This document shows positions 36,569 through 45,052 of a DNA stretch of 64,000 bases, in pieces (positions within the stretch are counted from its first letter, which is position 1; each line of letters begins with the position of its first letter). The position numbers and the translations under genes are program-made. The notes beneath the pieces were generated by a model that saw only the letters and a program-made list of their open reading frames with translations, was not told the DNA's origin and did not search any database. Source of the DNA: Brevibacterium luteolum (GTDB taxonomy: Bacteria; Actinomycetota; Actinomycetes; Actinomycetales; Brevibacteriaceae); assembly GCF_013004595.1 (NCBI RefSeq), contig NZ_JABEMC010000002.1:310001-374000 (forward strand). The letters run 5' to 3'.

Positions 36569-38281
36569 TCAGCCCTTGAGGTCGGGGAAGTCAGTGTCGG
36601 CCCACTCCTGATGCTCAACGGTCGCAGTGCCCTCGAAGGGGTGGAGTTCGCGTTCGCGGGCACGCAGCTCGACACGGCGGATCTTGCCCGAGATCGTCTT
36701 CGGCAGCTCGGTGAATTCGATGCGCCGGATCCGCTTGTAGGGGGCGAGGTTCTCGCGGCAGAAGCGCAGGATGTCCTTGGCGGTGTCGGCATCGGGTCGC
36801 CAGCCGGCGGTGAGCACGACATAGGCCTTCGGCACCGCCAGGCGCACCGGGTCCGGGGACGGCACGACGGCGGCTTCGGCGACGGCTTCGTGTTCGATGA
36901 GCACGCTTTCGAGTTCGAAGGGCGAGAGCCGGTAGTCGCTGGCCTTGAACACGTCGTCGGCCCGGCCGACGTAGGTGATGTAGCCGTTCGCGTCGCGGCT
37001 GGCGACATCGCCGGTGTGGTAGACGCCGTCGGCGAACGCCTCGGCGGTCTTGGCCTCGTCTCCCCAGTAGCCCTGGGTCAGGCCGGCCGGGCGGGGGTCG
37101 AGCTGCAGGCAGATCTCCCCCTCATCACCGATCTCCCCGGTCGCCGGGTCACGCAGGATGACGTCGTAGCCGGGCAACGGCTTGCCCATCGAGCCGTAGA
37201 CGATCGGCTCCCCGGGCGGGTTGCCGATCTGCAGGGTCGTCTCGGTCTGGCCGAAGCCGTCGCGGATGTCGACGTTCCAGTGCTTCTTGACCCGGTCGAT
37301 GACCTCGGGGTTGAGCGGCTCACCGGCGCCGAGCGCCTTGACCGGCGGGTTCGTCAGCTGAGACAGGTCGGCCTGGATGAGCATCCGCCACACCGTCGGC
37401 GGGGCGCAGAAGCTCGTGACGCCCACCCGGCCCATCGTCTCCATCATCGCTGTCGCATCGAAGCGAGTGTAGTTGTACAGGAACACGCAGGCTTCGGCGA
37501 TCCACGGGGTGAAGATGTTCGACCAGGCGTGCTTGGCCCAGCCGGGTGAGGCGACGTTGAGGTGGATGTCGCCGGGCTCCAGGCCCATCCAGTACATCGT
37601 CGACAGGTGGCCGACCGGGTACGAGGTGTGGGTGTGGGCGACCATCTTCGCCTTCGAGGTCGTGCCCGAGGTGAAGTACAGCAGCAGCAGGTCATCGGCC
37701 GGGGTCGGGCCGTCGGGTTCGAAGGTCTCGGGGAAATCCGCAGCCGAGGTGTAGGCGAGGTCGTTCTCGCGGGCCGGCTCGGCGCCGACGACGATCCGGG
37801 TGAGGTCGACGTCGACCTCGTCGAACTTCGCGGCATCGGCGGCACCGGCGATGACGAAGGAGGCTTCACCGCGTTCGGCGCGGTCGGTCAGGTCGATGGG
37901 GCCCAGCTGGGTGGTCGTCGGCAGCAGCACGGCGCCGAGCTTGATCCCGGCGAGCATCGACTCCCACAGCTCGACCTGGTTGCCGAGCATCACCATGACG
38001 TGGCTGCCGCGGGTGACGCCGGCAGCGCGGAGCATGTTGGCCACCTGGTTCGACCGGCGGGAGAGCTGGGAGAAGCTGTAGATGTTCTCGGTGCCGTCCT
38101 GTTCGCAGATCCACAGGGCCGGCTTGTCGTTGCCCTCGGCGATCCCGTCGAACCAGTCGAGGCCGAAGTTGAAGTGCTCGAAGCGCGGCCACTGGAATTC
38201 GTCCTTCGCCTGCGCGTAGTCCAGGCGCAGCTCCAGCAGCCGGTCGCGTGCCGCCCGGTACTGTTCGGTCACGGTCGTCAT
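36569..38281 (-). CDS. AMP-binding acyl-CoA synthetase
   Basis: YFTSGTTSKAK, GFGQTE, YHTGD, LPKTISGKIRR. Confidence 0.93.
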   Translation of the reverse strand: MTTVTEQYRAARDRLLELRLDYAQAKDEFQWPRFEHFNFGLDWFDGIAEGNDKPALWICEQDGTENIYSFSQLSRRSNQVANMLRAAGVTRGSHVMVMLGNQVELWESMLAGIKLGAVLLPTTTQLGPIDLTDRAERGEASFVIAGAADAAKFDEVDVDLTRIVVGAEPARENDLAYTSAADFPETFEPDGPTPADDLLLLYFTSGTTSKAKMVAHTHTSYPVGHLSTMYWMGLEPGDIHLNVASPGWAKHAWSNIFTPWIAEACVFLYNYTRFDATAMMETMGRVGVTSFCAPPTVWRMLIQADLSQLTNPPVKALGAGEPLNPEVIDRVKKHWNVDIRDGFGQTETTLQIGNPPGEPIVYGSMGKPLPGYDVILRDPATGEIGDEGEICLQLDPRPAGLTQGYWGDEAKTAEAFADGVYHTGDVASRDANGYITYVGRADDVFKASDYRLSPFELESVLIEHEAVAEAAVVPSPDPVRLAVPKAYVVLTAGWRPDADTAKDILRFCRENLAPYKRIRRIEFTELPKTISGKIRRVELRARERELHPFEGTATVEHQEWADTDFPDLKG

Positions 38282-38343
38282 GGTGCCTCCTCACGGCGTG
38301 TCCCATTCATTGGTCTCAAGGTAACAGGCCCCTGTGGCAGTCA

Positions 38344-38359
38344 GGTGAACCGGGTCACA
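38344..38359. promoter_or_regulatory. Putative CRP/GlxR box
   Basis: GGTGA-N6-TCACA, one mismatch to TGTGA-N6-TCACA, about 65 bp upstream of the synthetase. Confidence 0.5.
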
Positions 38360-38405
38360 GTGCAGCCGTATGCGGCAGCCCGCTGCCCAGTCCGCCGGGG
38401 CCGGG

Positions 38406-40028
38406 TCACTGCGGCTGCGAGGAGCCGCCGTCCTGTTCGGCCCACCACTGGCGCAGCACCTCTTCGGCGCGCTGCTGACCGAGCGGGCCGTGTTCCATCC
38501 GCTGGGCGAGCAGAAACTGATAGGCCTGCCCGACCGCCGGACCGGGGCTGATGCCGAGGATGTCCATGATCTGCCGGCCGTCGAGGTCCGGGCGCACGGC
38601 ATCGAGCTTCTCGCGTTCGGCCAGCTTCTCGATCCGGTGCTCGAGGTCGTCGTAGGCGTGGGCGAGGCGTTCGGCCTTGCGCCGGTTGCGGGTGGTGACA
38701 TCGGAGCGGGTGAGGATGTGCAGGCGGGTGAGCAGCTCACCGGCATCGGTGACGTAGCGGCGCACTGCCGAGTCGGTCCAGCCGGCATCGCCGTAACCGT
38801 AGAAGCGCAGGTGCAGCTCGACGAGCCGGCTGACGGCCTTCGTCGTGGCCTTGTCGAAGCGCAGCGCCTTCATCCGCTTGCGCGTCATCTTCGCTCCGAC
38901 GACATCGTGGTGGTAGAAGGTCACCGCCCCGTCAGGGGTGAATCGGCGGGTCGAGGGCTTGCCGATGTCGTGCATGAGGGCAGCGAACCGGACGATGAAA
39001 TCAGGCACGGCGATGCGCTGGGTGTCCTCGGCGACCGCAGTGACCGGCCCGGCAGGCGCGTCCTGTGCCCCGGCGCCCTCCGCCCCGGGCGCGGCGCCCG
39101 GCGGCGTGGACTCTGCCTCCTCGGCAGTCTTCTCAGTGCCGGTCTTCTCGGCGGCGGTCTTCTCGGCGGCCGCCGCGGCCTGGCGGGCGGCGTAGACAGC
39201 CTCGAGGTCGACGGCCTGGTCGAGGACGGTAAGGCTGTGCTGGTAGACGTCCTTGTGCCGGTGATGCTCGTCGCGTTCGAGCTGCATGTCGGTGACCTCG
39301 GGCAGGATCCGCTCGGCGATCCCGGTCTCGACGAGCAGTTCGATGCCGGCCCGCGGCCGGATCCCGCAGATGAGCTTGACGAGTTCGTCGCGGACGCGCT
39401 CAGCGGAGATGATGTCGATGCGCTCAGCCATCTGGGTCATCGCCTCACGCACCTCAGCGTCGACGCCGAAGCCGAGCTGGGAGACGAAGCGGGCGGCGCG
39501 CATCATGCGCAGCGGGTCATCGGAGAAGCTGTCGACGGCCTTGCCCGGCGTGCGCACAAGCCCGTTCGTCAGGTCGGCGAGTCCGCCGAAGGGGTCGGCG
39601 AAGACGCGCTCGGGCAGCCGGACGGCCATCGCCCCGATCGTGAAGTCCCGGCGGACGAGGTCGTCATCGAGGTCGTCGCCGAAGGCCACCGTCGGCTTGC
39701 GAGAATCCGGGTCATAGGCCTCGGCGCGGTAGGTGGTGATCTCGATCTGCAACTCGTCCTTGAGCAGCCCGATGGTGCCGAATGCCCGGCCGATCTCCCA
39801 CACCGCATCGGCCCACGGATTCACGATCGCCAGGATCGCATCCGGGTCGGCGTCGGTGGTGAAGTCGAGATCGGGCATCGGCCGGCCGAGCAGCCCGTCG
39901 CGCACCGAACCGCCGACGAGGGCGAGCTCCCGACCGGCAGCGGAGAACATCCGGCCCAGCGGCTCGAGGATGTGCTCGTGCGCATCAAGGGCGGTGAGCA
40001 GGCGTGCATGGGCTTCGGCCAGGGACAC
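38406..40028 (-). CDS. cca: CCA tRNA nucleotidyltransferase with HD domain
   Basis: VGGSVRD..DLDFTT, RRDFT, DDPLRMMRAARF, ALMHDIGKP. Confidence 0.93.
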   Translation of the reverse strand: MSLAEAHARLLTALDAHEHILEPLGRMFSAAGRELALVGGSVRDGLLGRPMPDLDFTTDADPDAILAIVNPWADAVWEIGRAFGTIGLLKDELQIEITTYRAEAYDPDSRKPTVAFGDDLDDDLVRRDFTIGAMAVRLPERVFADPFGGLADLTNGLVRTPGKAVDSFSDDPLRMMRAARFVSQLGFGVDAEVREAMTQMAERIDIISAERVRDELVKLICGIRPRAGIELLVETGIAERILPEVTDMQLERDEHHRHKDVYQHSLTVLDQAVDLEAVYAARQAAAAAEKTAAEKTGTEKTAEEAESTPPGAAPGAEGAGAQDAPAGPVTAVAEDTQRIAVPDFIVRFAALMHDIGKPSTRRFTPDGAVTFYHHDVVGAKMTRKRMKALRFDKATTKAVSRLVELHLRFYGYGDAGWTDSAVRRYVTDAGELLTRLHILTRSDVTTRNRRKAERLAHAYDDLEHRIEKLAEREKLDAVRPDLDGRQIMDILGISPGPAVGQAYQFLLAQRMEHGPLGQQRAEEVLRQWWAEQDGGSSQPQ

Positions 40029-40097
40029 GTGATCTCCATTCGAGGGGGTCGGTTCAGCATAAGGTTATCGTCAGGTTGCGGATATACAGTAGAAGCT

Positions 40098-40601
40098 ATG
40101 CCTCGACCATTGCCGAAGCCGGGGGTCATGCCGGCACGTTCGAACACCGTGGAGGAGGTCTCCGCGGGCGGCGTCATGGTCGACTTCGATTCGCCCACCT
40201 TCGAGGTGGCGATCATTGCACGCATCAACCGGGCCGGCAGGCTCGAATGGTGTCTGCCGAAGGGTCACCTGGAACTCGGCGAGACACCCGCCCAGGCGGC
40301 CCGTCGCGAGGTGGCTGAGGAGACCGGCGTGCACGGCGATGTCGTCACCGCCCTCGGCAGCGTCGACTACTGGTTCTCCGTCGGCGGCTACCGCATCCAC
40401 AAGCTCGTCCACCATTTCCTGCTGCGCGCCACCGGCGGCTACCTCACCGTCGTGAACGACCCGGACCAGGAGGCCGTCGACGCCGCCTGGATCCCGCTTG
40501 ATGCGCTGCCGGAGCACCTGTCCTTCGCCAATGAACGGCGCATCGTCGCCGCTGCCCGCTCCGTGCTGCCGTACTACCATTCCGTCATCCAGTCGACGTG
40601 A
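40098..40601 (+). CDS. NUDIX hydrolase
   Basis: Nudix box PKGHLELGETPAQAARREVAEETG; -10 TACAGT 7 nt before ATG. Confidence 0.92.
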   Translation: MPRPLPKPGVMPARSNTVEEVSAGGVMVDFDSPTFEVAIIARINRAGRLEWCLPKGHLELGETPAQAARREVAEETGVHGDVVTALGSVDYWFSVGGYRIHKLVHHFLLRATGGYLTVVNDPDQEAVDAAWIPLDALPEHLSFANERRIVAAARSVLPYYHSVIQST

Positions 40602-43150
40602 TCTCCGCCCGCCGCCTGCCCCACCCGCGCCGCTGTGCGGCGCTGGCTGCTGTCTGCACCCTCATCGCGGTGCTGCTGGGCACCGGAGTGCCCACCGCCT
40701 CGGCGACGGCCGCCCCCACCCAGCCGAGCTTCCCCTCCCCCGTCCCGGCAGCACCCGGAGACGGTACGGACGAGGAGACCGCTGGGTCGCCCGGAGACAG
40801 CGACATCGCCGCAGCCGGAGTGGAGCTGGCCTTCGACGAGATCAGCCCGGTTCTCACAGCCGAGGGCACGCTGACGATCAAGGGCCGGATCATCAACTCC
40901 AGTGCCGTGGAGATCCCCGAGCCGCGCCTGGACTTCCGCATCAGCCGTCGGGTGCTCGACTCCCGCGATGCGATCAACGAGTGGAAGGACCAGCCGGCGC
41001 GCTACCGGCAGCTCGGTGACACCGCCTCCGCGGCTGCCCAGCAGGACACCGCCGGTGGCGCCGAGGACGCCGACGACGCCCCGAGGATGGACATCGAGAC
41101 GCTGCCGGAGTCAGTCGCGCCCAAGAGCGAGGCGGCGTTCACCCTCACCGCCGATGCCGAGACGCTCGGGCTGCCGCGCAGCCAGCCGCTGACCTCGTGG
41201 GGGGCCTACGGGCTGGCCGTCAAGCTCAGCAGCGAAGCAGCAGCAGCCAGCGCGCAGCCGTCGCTGTCACTGACCCGCACCGCCTTCACCACCTGGTATC
41301 CCGATCCGCAGCTGCTGCCGAGCAAGGTGACGTTCCTCGTGCCGGTCACGCTGCCGGGCTTCGACCCCAGCGGGCAGGTCGCAGCCGACACGCTCGAGCA
41401 GGCCGCCGGTCCCGAGGGGCAGCTCACCTCGGCATTGGCCGCCGTCACTGCCGCTGACGAGGTGGCCCTCGCCATCGACCCGCGGCTCATCGGCAGCATC
41501 GAGGACGTGCTCGGCGTCGACCGCCCAGAGGCCGACCCAGACGATGGAGCCGGCGATCCCGCTGACGACGGCACCGAGGAGGGCACTGAGGAGAGTACTG
41601 AAAAGGGCGCGGATCCGGCCGAACCGGGCGCAGCACCGGCGGACGAGACGCCCGCTGATGCCACCGAGGCCCCAGAGGGTGACGACGGCGAGGAGACCAC
41701 TGCCCCCGGTGAAGACACCAGCGGTGAGCAGACCGCGCCAGCGCCGAGCCCGCAGGCCGATCGCTACCCGCAGCTCAACGAGTGGTACACCTCCTTCGTC
41801 GCCGCCGCCGAGCAGCGCACCGTCATCGCCCTGCCCTACGCCGATGCCGACCTCACCGCGCTGAGCGCTGCTGATGAGTCGGTGCTCGCACGCGCGGCCG
41901 AAGCCGCCGCCGATGACCTGCGGGCCACACTGCCCGAAGCCCGCACCGACATCACCTGGCCGGCTTCCGGCAGCCTCACCCCCGACTTCGCCGAACGCGC
42001 CGCACAGGCTGGGGCGAAGACGATGCTCGTCTCCGACATCCAGCAGCCGAGCGTGCGCAGCTACACCTCCTCAGCCCCCTCCACCCTGCCGGTCGGTGAG
42101 GATCAGCACGGCCTCAACTCCCTGGCCGTCGACACCGGCCTGTCGGAGGCCGCCGAACTCGCCGGCCATGACGACACACGCGTGCTCGGGCTCAGCGAGC
42201 TCATCGCCGAAAGCTCGGCGATCACCACCGAGCGGCCGTTCGACCCGCGCAGCCTGCTCATCACCCTCCCCCGCCGGGCCGCCGACCCGCACTGGGCCGA
42301 GGCGATCAGGCAGACCGCGGCAGCACCGTGGATCGACCTGCAGAGCCTGGCGGACCTGAGCGAATCCGAACCGGTCCAGCGCGCCCCGCTGACCGAACCC
42401 ACCCGCGAGGCCGGGGATCGGGCCGCCGGTCTGAACCGCCTCGGCGAGGTGCACTCCACCGGCGCTGAGGCGTCGACCGCCTTCGCCGATCCCGAGGCGG
42501 TGGCCACCCGCCTGAGCCGGGCCACCCTGACGTGCACGTCGACGGCCTGGGGTGAGACGGCCAATGACGGCGGCTTCTCCTCCTGTGTCGACGCGGCCGC
42601 CGATGAGGTCAGCTCACTCACCGGCGGGGTGAAGCCCGAGGAGGGCTCGGCTGTGCTGCTGGTGACCGGTGAGAAGACGACGATCCCGGTGCGCATCGAC
42701 AATACGACCGCCGAGTCCGCCCATGTCATGGTCCGGGTGGTGCCGGCGACCCCGCAGCTGCGCACGCAGGTGTCCGAACCGGTCGTCGTCAGCCCCGGTG
42801 AGCAGGCCCGCGTCGAGGTCCCGGTCGAAGGATTGGCCAATGCCGATGTGCAGACCCGCATCGAACTCGTCGCCGCCACCCCGCCCGGCGACAGCGATTC
42901 CACAGCCACGACGGAAACCGGTCCGGGCCCGGCGGCGGCTGCCGGGCATTTCGTGCTGCCGGAGACGACCTCGCTGACGGTGCGCGTGCGCACCGACTGG
43001 GAGAACATCGGGGCTGCGGTGATCGGGGCCGGTCTCGTCATCGTGCTGCTCATCGGCCTGTATTCGTCTGTCTCCCGCGGACGGCGTAAGATTCCCAAGA
43101 GCCAGCTGGACGCCGCCGTCGCGCGAGCGCACGAGAACGACCCGGGCTGA
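40598..43150 (+). CDS. DUF6049-like exported protein
   Basis: Signal peptide, LAIDPRL, LPYADAD, C-terminal TM; conserved position before murJ. Confidence 0.78.
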   Translation: MISARRLPHPRRCAALAAVCTLIAVLLGTGVPTASATAAPTQPSFPSPVPAAPGDGTDEETAGSPGDSDIAAAGVELAFDEISPVLTAEGTLTIKGRIINSSAVEIPEPRLDFRISRRVLDSRDAINEWKDQPARYRQLGDTASAAAQQDTAGGAEDADDAPRMDIETLPESVAPKSEAAFTLTADAETLGLPRSQPLTSWGAYGLAVKLSSEAAAASAQPSLSLTRTAFTTWYPDPQLLPSKVTFLVPVTLPGFDPSGQVAADTLEQAAGPEGQLTSALAAVTAADEVALAIDPRLIGSIEDVLGVDRPEADPDDGAGDPADDGTEEGTEESTEKGADPAEPGAAPADETPADATEAPEGDDGEETTAPGEDTSGEQTAPAPSPQADRYPQLNEWYTSFVAAAEQRTVIALPYADADLTALSAADESVLARAAEAAADDLRATLPEARTDITWPASGSLTPDFAERAAQAGAKTMLVSDIQQPSVRSYTSSAPSTLPVGEDQHGLNSLAVDTGLSEAAELAGHDDTRVLGLSELIAESSAITTERPFDPRSLLITLPRRAADPHWAEAIRQTAAAPWIDLQSLADLSESEPVQRAPLTEPTREAGDRAAGLNRLGEVHSTGAEASTAFADPEAVATRLSRATLTCTSTAWGETANDGGFSSCVDAAADEVSSLTGGVKPEEGSAVLLVTGEKTTIPVRIDNTTAESAHVMVRVVPATPQLRTQVSEPVVVSPGEQARVEVPVEGLANADVQTRIELVAATPPGDSDSTATTETGPGPAAAAGHFVLPETTSLTVRVRTDWENIGAAVIGAGLVIVLLIGLYSSVSRGRRKIPKSQLDAAVARAHENDPG

Positions 43151-43207
43151 TTCGATCCCCGCGCGCGACCAACGCGCCAACGCCCCTGAGACCGGCAAGG
43201 AGCCGCA

Positions 43208-44986
43208 TTGTCCTCCACCGACCCCTCCGAGACCGCACCGGACCGCGCCGCTGACGCGCACGCGGCCGGCGGTGCCGGCAGCACCGCAGCCGGCGCTGTG
43301 ACTCCGGAGACGGCCGGGCACCCGGAAGCCGAAGCCACCGCCGAGGCGCCGGGCGGGGGTGCGAAGCTGAGCTCGCTGGCGAAGTCCTCAGCGATCATGA
43401 CCGCCGGCACTCTCGTGTCGCGGGTGCTCGGATTCGTCAAAGCCGGCATGCTCGCCTTGGCGATCGGCGTCACCTACGGCGGGGTCGCTGACGCCTTCGA
43501 CGTGGCGAACAAGGTGCCGAACAACCTGTACATGCTGCTCGCCGGCGGCATCCTCAATGCGGTCCTCGTCCCCCAGATCGTGCGCGCCACCCGGCGGCCC
43601 GACGGCGGGAGGGACTTCACCAACCGGCTGCTGACTCTGGCGATCCTCATCCTGTTCGGCGTCACCGTGCTCGCCACGGCCGCCGCTCCCCTGCTCGTGC
43701 GCGTGTACTCCTCGTCGACCTGGAGCAGCGAGCAGACCGCCCTGGCGGTGGCGTTCGCGTTCTGGTGCCTGCCGCAGATCTTCTTCTACGGCCTGTACAC
43801 GATGCTCGGGCAAGTCCTCAACGCCCACTCGTCGTTCGGGCCGTACATGTGGGCGCCGGTCATCAACAACCTCGTCTCCGTCGCCGGGCTCGGCATCTTC
43901 ATCGCCCTCTTCGGCACCGGTGAGTACGGTGAGCACGCGATCGACACCTGGGACGTCACCAAGATCGCCGTGCTCGCCGGATCCGCCACCCTGGGCGTCG
44001 TCTGCCAGGCGCTCGTGCTGATCTGGCCGCTGCGTCGCATCGGCTTCCGCTTCACCCCGACCTTCGGGTTCCGCGGTGTCGGCCTCGGCACCGCCGGCAA
44101 GGTCGCCTCCTGGACCTTCGGTGCGGTGCTCATCGGCCAGCTCGGCTTCATCGTCATCTCGCAGGTCGCCTCTCTGGCCTCAGCGACCGCCGACAGCGGC
44201 CCGAGCCCATCGAACGCCGCCTACACGTACAGCTACCTCATCTTCATGCTCCCCCATTCGCTCATCGCGGTGTCGCTGGCGACCGCACTGTTCACCTCGA
44301 TGAGCACCTCGGCTGCCGACCGCGACACCGAGGCGGTGCGCGCCTCCTTCGGCCTCGGCGTCCGGCTCGTCGGCTTCGTCAACGTCTTCGCCACCGTCGC
44401 CTTCATGACACTCGGCGCCCAGACAGCGATGGTCCTCGCCCGCGGCTCGGTCGAGCAGGCCGTCTCGCTCAGCGTCGTCATCGCCGCCATGATCCTCGGA
44501 CTCGTCCCGTTCTCGGCCAACTACCTGTTACAGCGGGTGTTCTACGCCTATGAGGACGCCCGCACCCCGTTCTGGGTGCAGGTCCCGCAGGTCGCCCTCA
44601 CCTCCGCCGGGGTCATCGCGTCTGGCCTGCTGCTGCCCAAGCACTACATCGTCGCCGGCATCGGCCTGTCGATGAGCCTGGGCTACGGTCTCGCCTGCCT
44701 CATCAGCGCCTGGCTGCTGCGCCGCCGCCTGCACCACCTCGGGACCAAGCGGATCCTGCTGGCCCACCTGAAGTTCGTCATCGCCGGTGCGCTGGCCGGC
44801 ATCGTCGGCGTGTTCATCGTCCGCGCGATCGGCACCGATGCCTGGGACACCCGGACGACCGCGTTCATCACGATCGCGTGGGTCGGGCCGGTCATGCTTG
44901 CGGTCTATCTGGTCGTCTGCTGGATCCTCCGTGTGAGCGAGCTGCGCAGCCTTGCCGAGACTGTCCGGCGGAAATTGAAGCGCTAG
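43208..44986 (+). CDS. murJ: Lipid II flippase
   Basis: GTLVSRVLGF, ANKVPN, LPQIFFYG, RVFYAYEDARTP. Confidence 0.93.
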   Translation: MSSTDPSETAPDRAADAHAAGGAGSTAAGAVTPETAGHPEAEATAEAPGGGAKLSSLAKSSAIMTAGTLVSRVLGFVKAGMLALAIGVTYGGVADAFDVANKVPNNLYMLLAGGILNAVLVPQIVRATRRPDGGRDFTNRLLTLAILILFGVTVLATAAAPLLVRVYSSSTWSSEQTALAVAFAFWCLPQIFFYGLYTMLGQVLNAHSSFGPYMWAPVINNLVSVAGLGIFIALFGTGEYGEHAIDTWDVTKIAVLAGSATLGVVCQALVLIWPLRRIGFRFTPTFGFRGVGLGTAGKVASWTFGAVLIGQLGFIVISQVASLASATADSGPSPSNAAYTYSYLIFMLPHSLIAVSLATALFTSMSTSAADRDTEAVRASFGLGVRLVGFVNVFATVAFMTLGAQTAMVLARGSVEQAVSLSVVIAAMILGLVPFSANYLLQRVFYAYEDARTPFWVQVPQVALTSAGVIASGLLLPKHYIVAGIGLSMSLGYGLACLISAWLLRRRLHHLGTKRILLAHLKFVIAGALAGIVGVFIVRAIGTDAWDTRTTAFITIAWVGPVMLAVYLVVCWILRVSELRSLAETVRRKLKR

Positions 44987-45052
44987 ACTGAGAAGCGAAG
45001 GACTATTCGCCCTGCACAGCTCACCTGTGCAGCGCATTCACAAGGGGGTCTG

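Noticed and set aside
38370..40097. Long N-terminal part of ORF 38370..40601
   Set aside because: Antisense to cca; the NUDIX gene starts at 40098.
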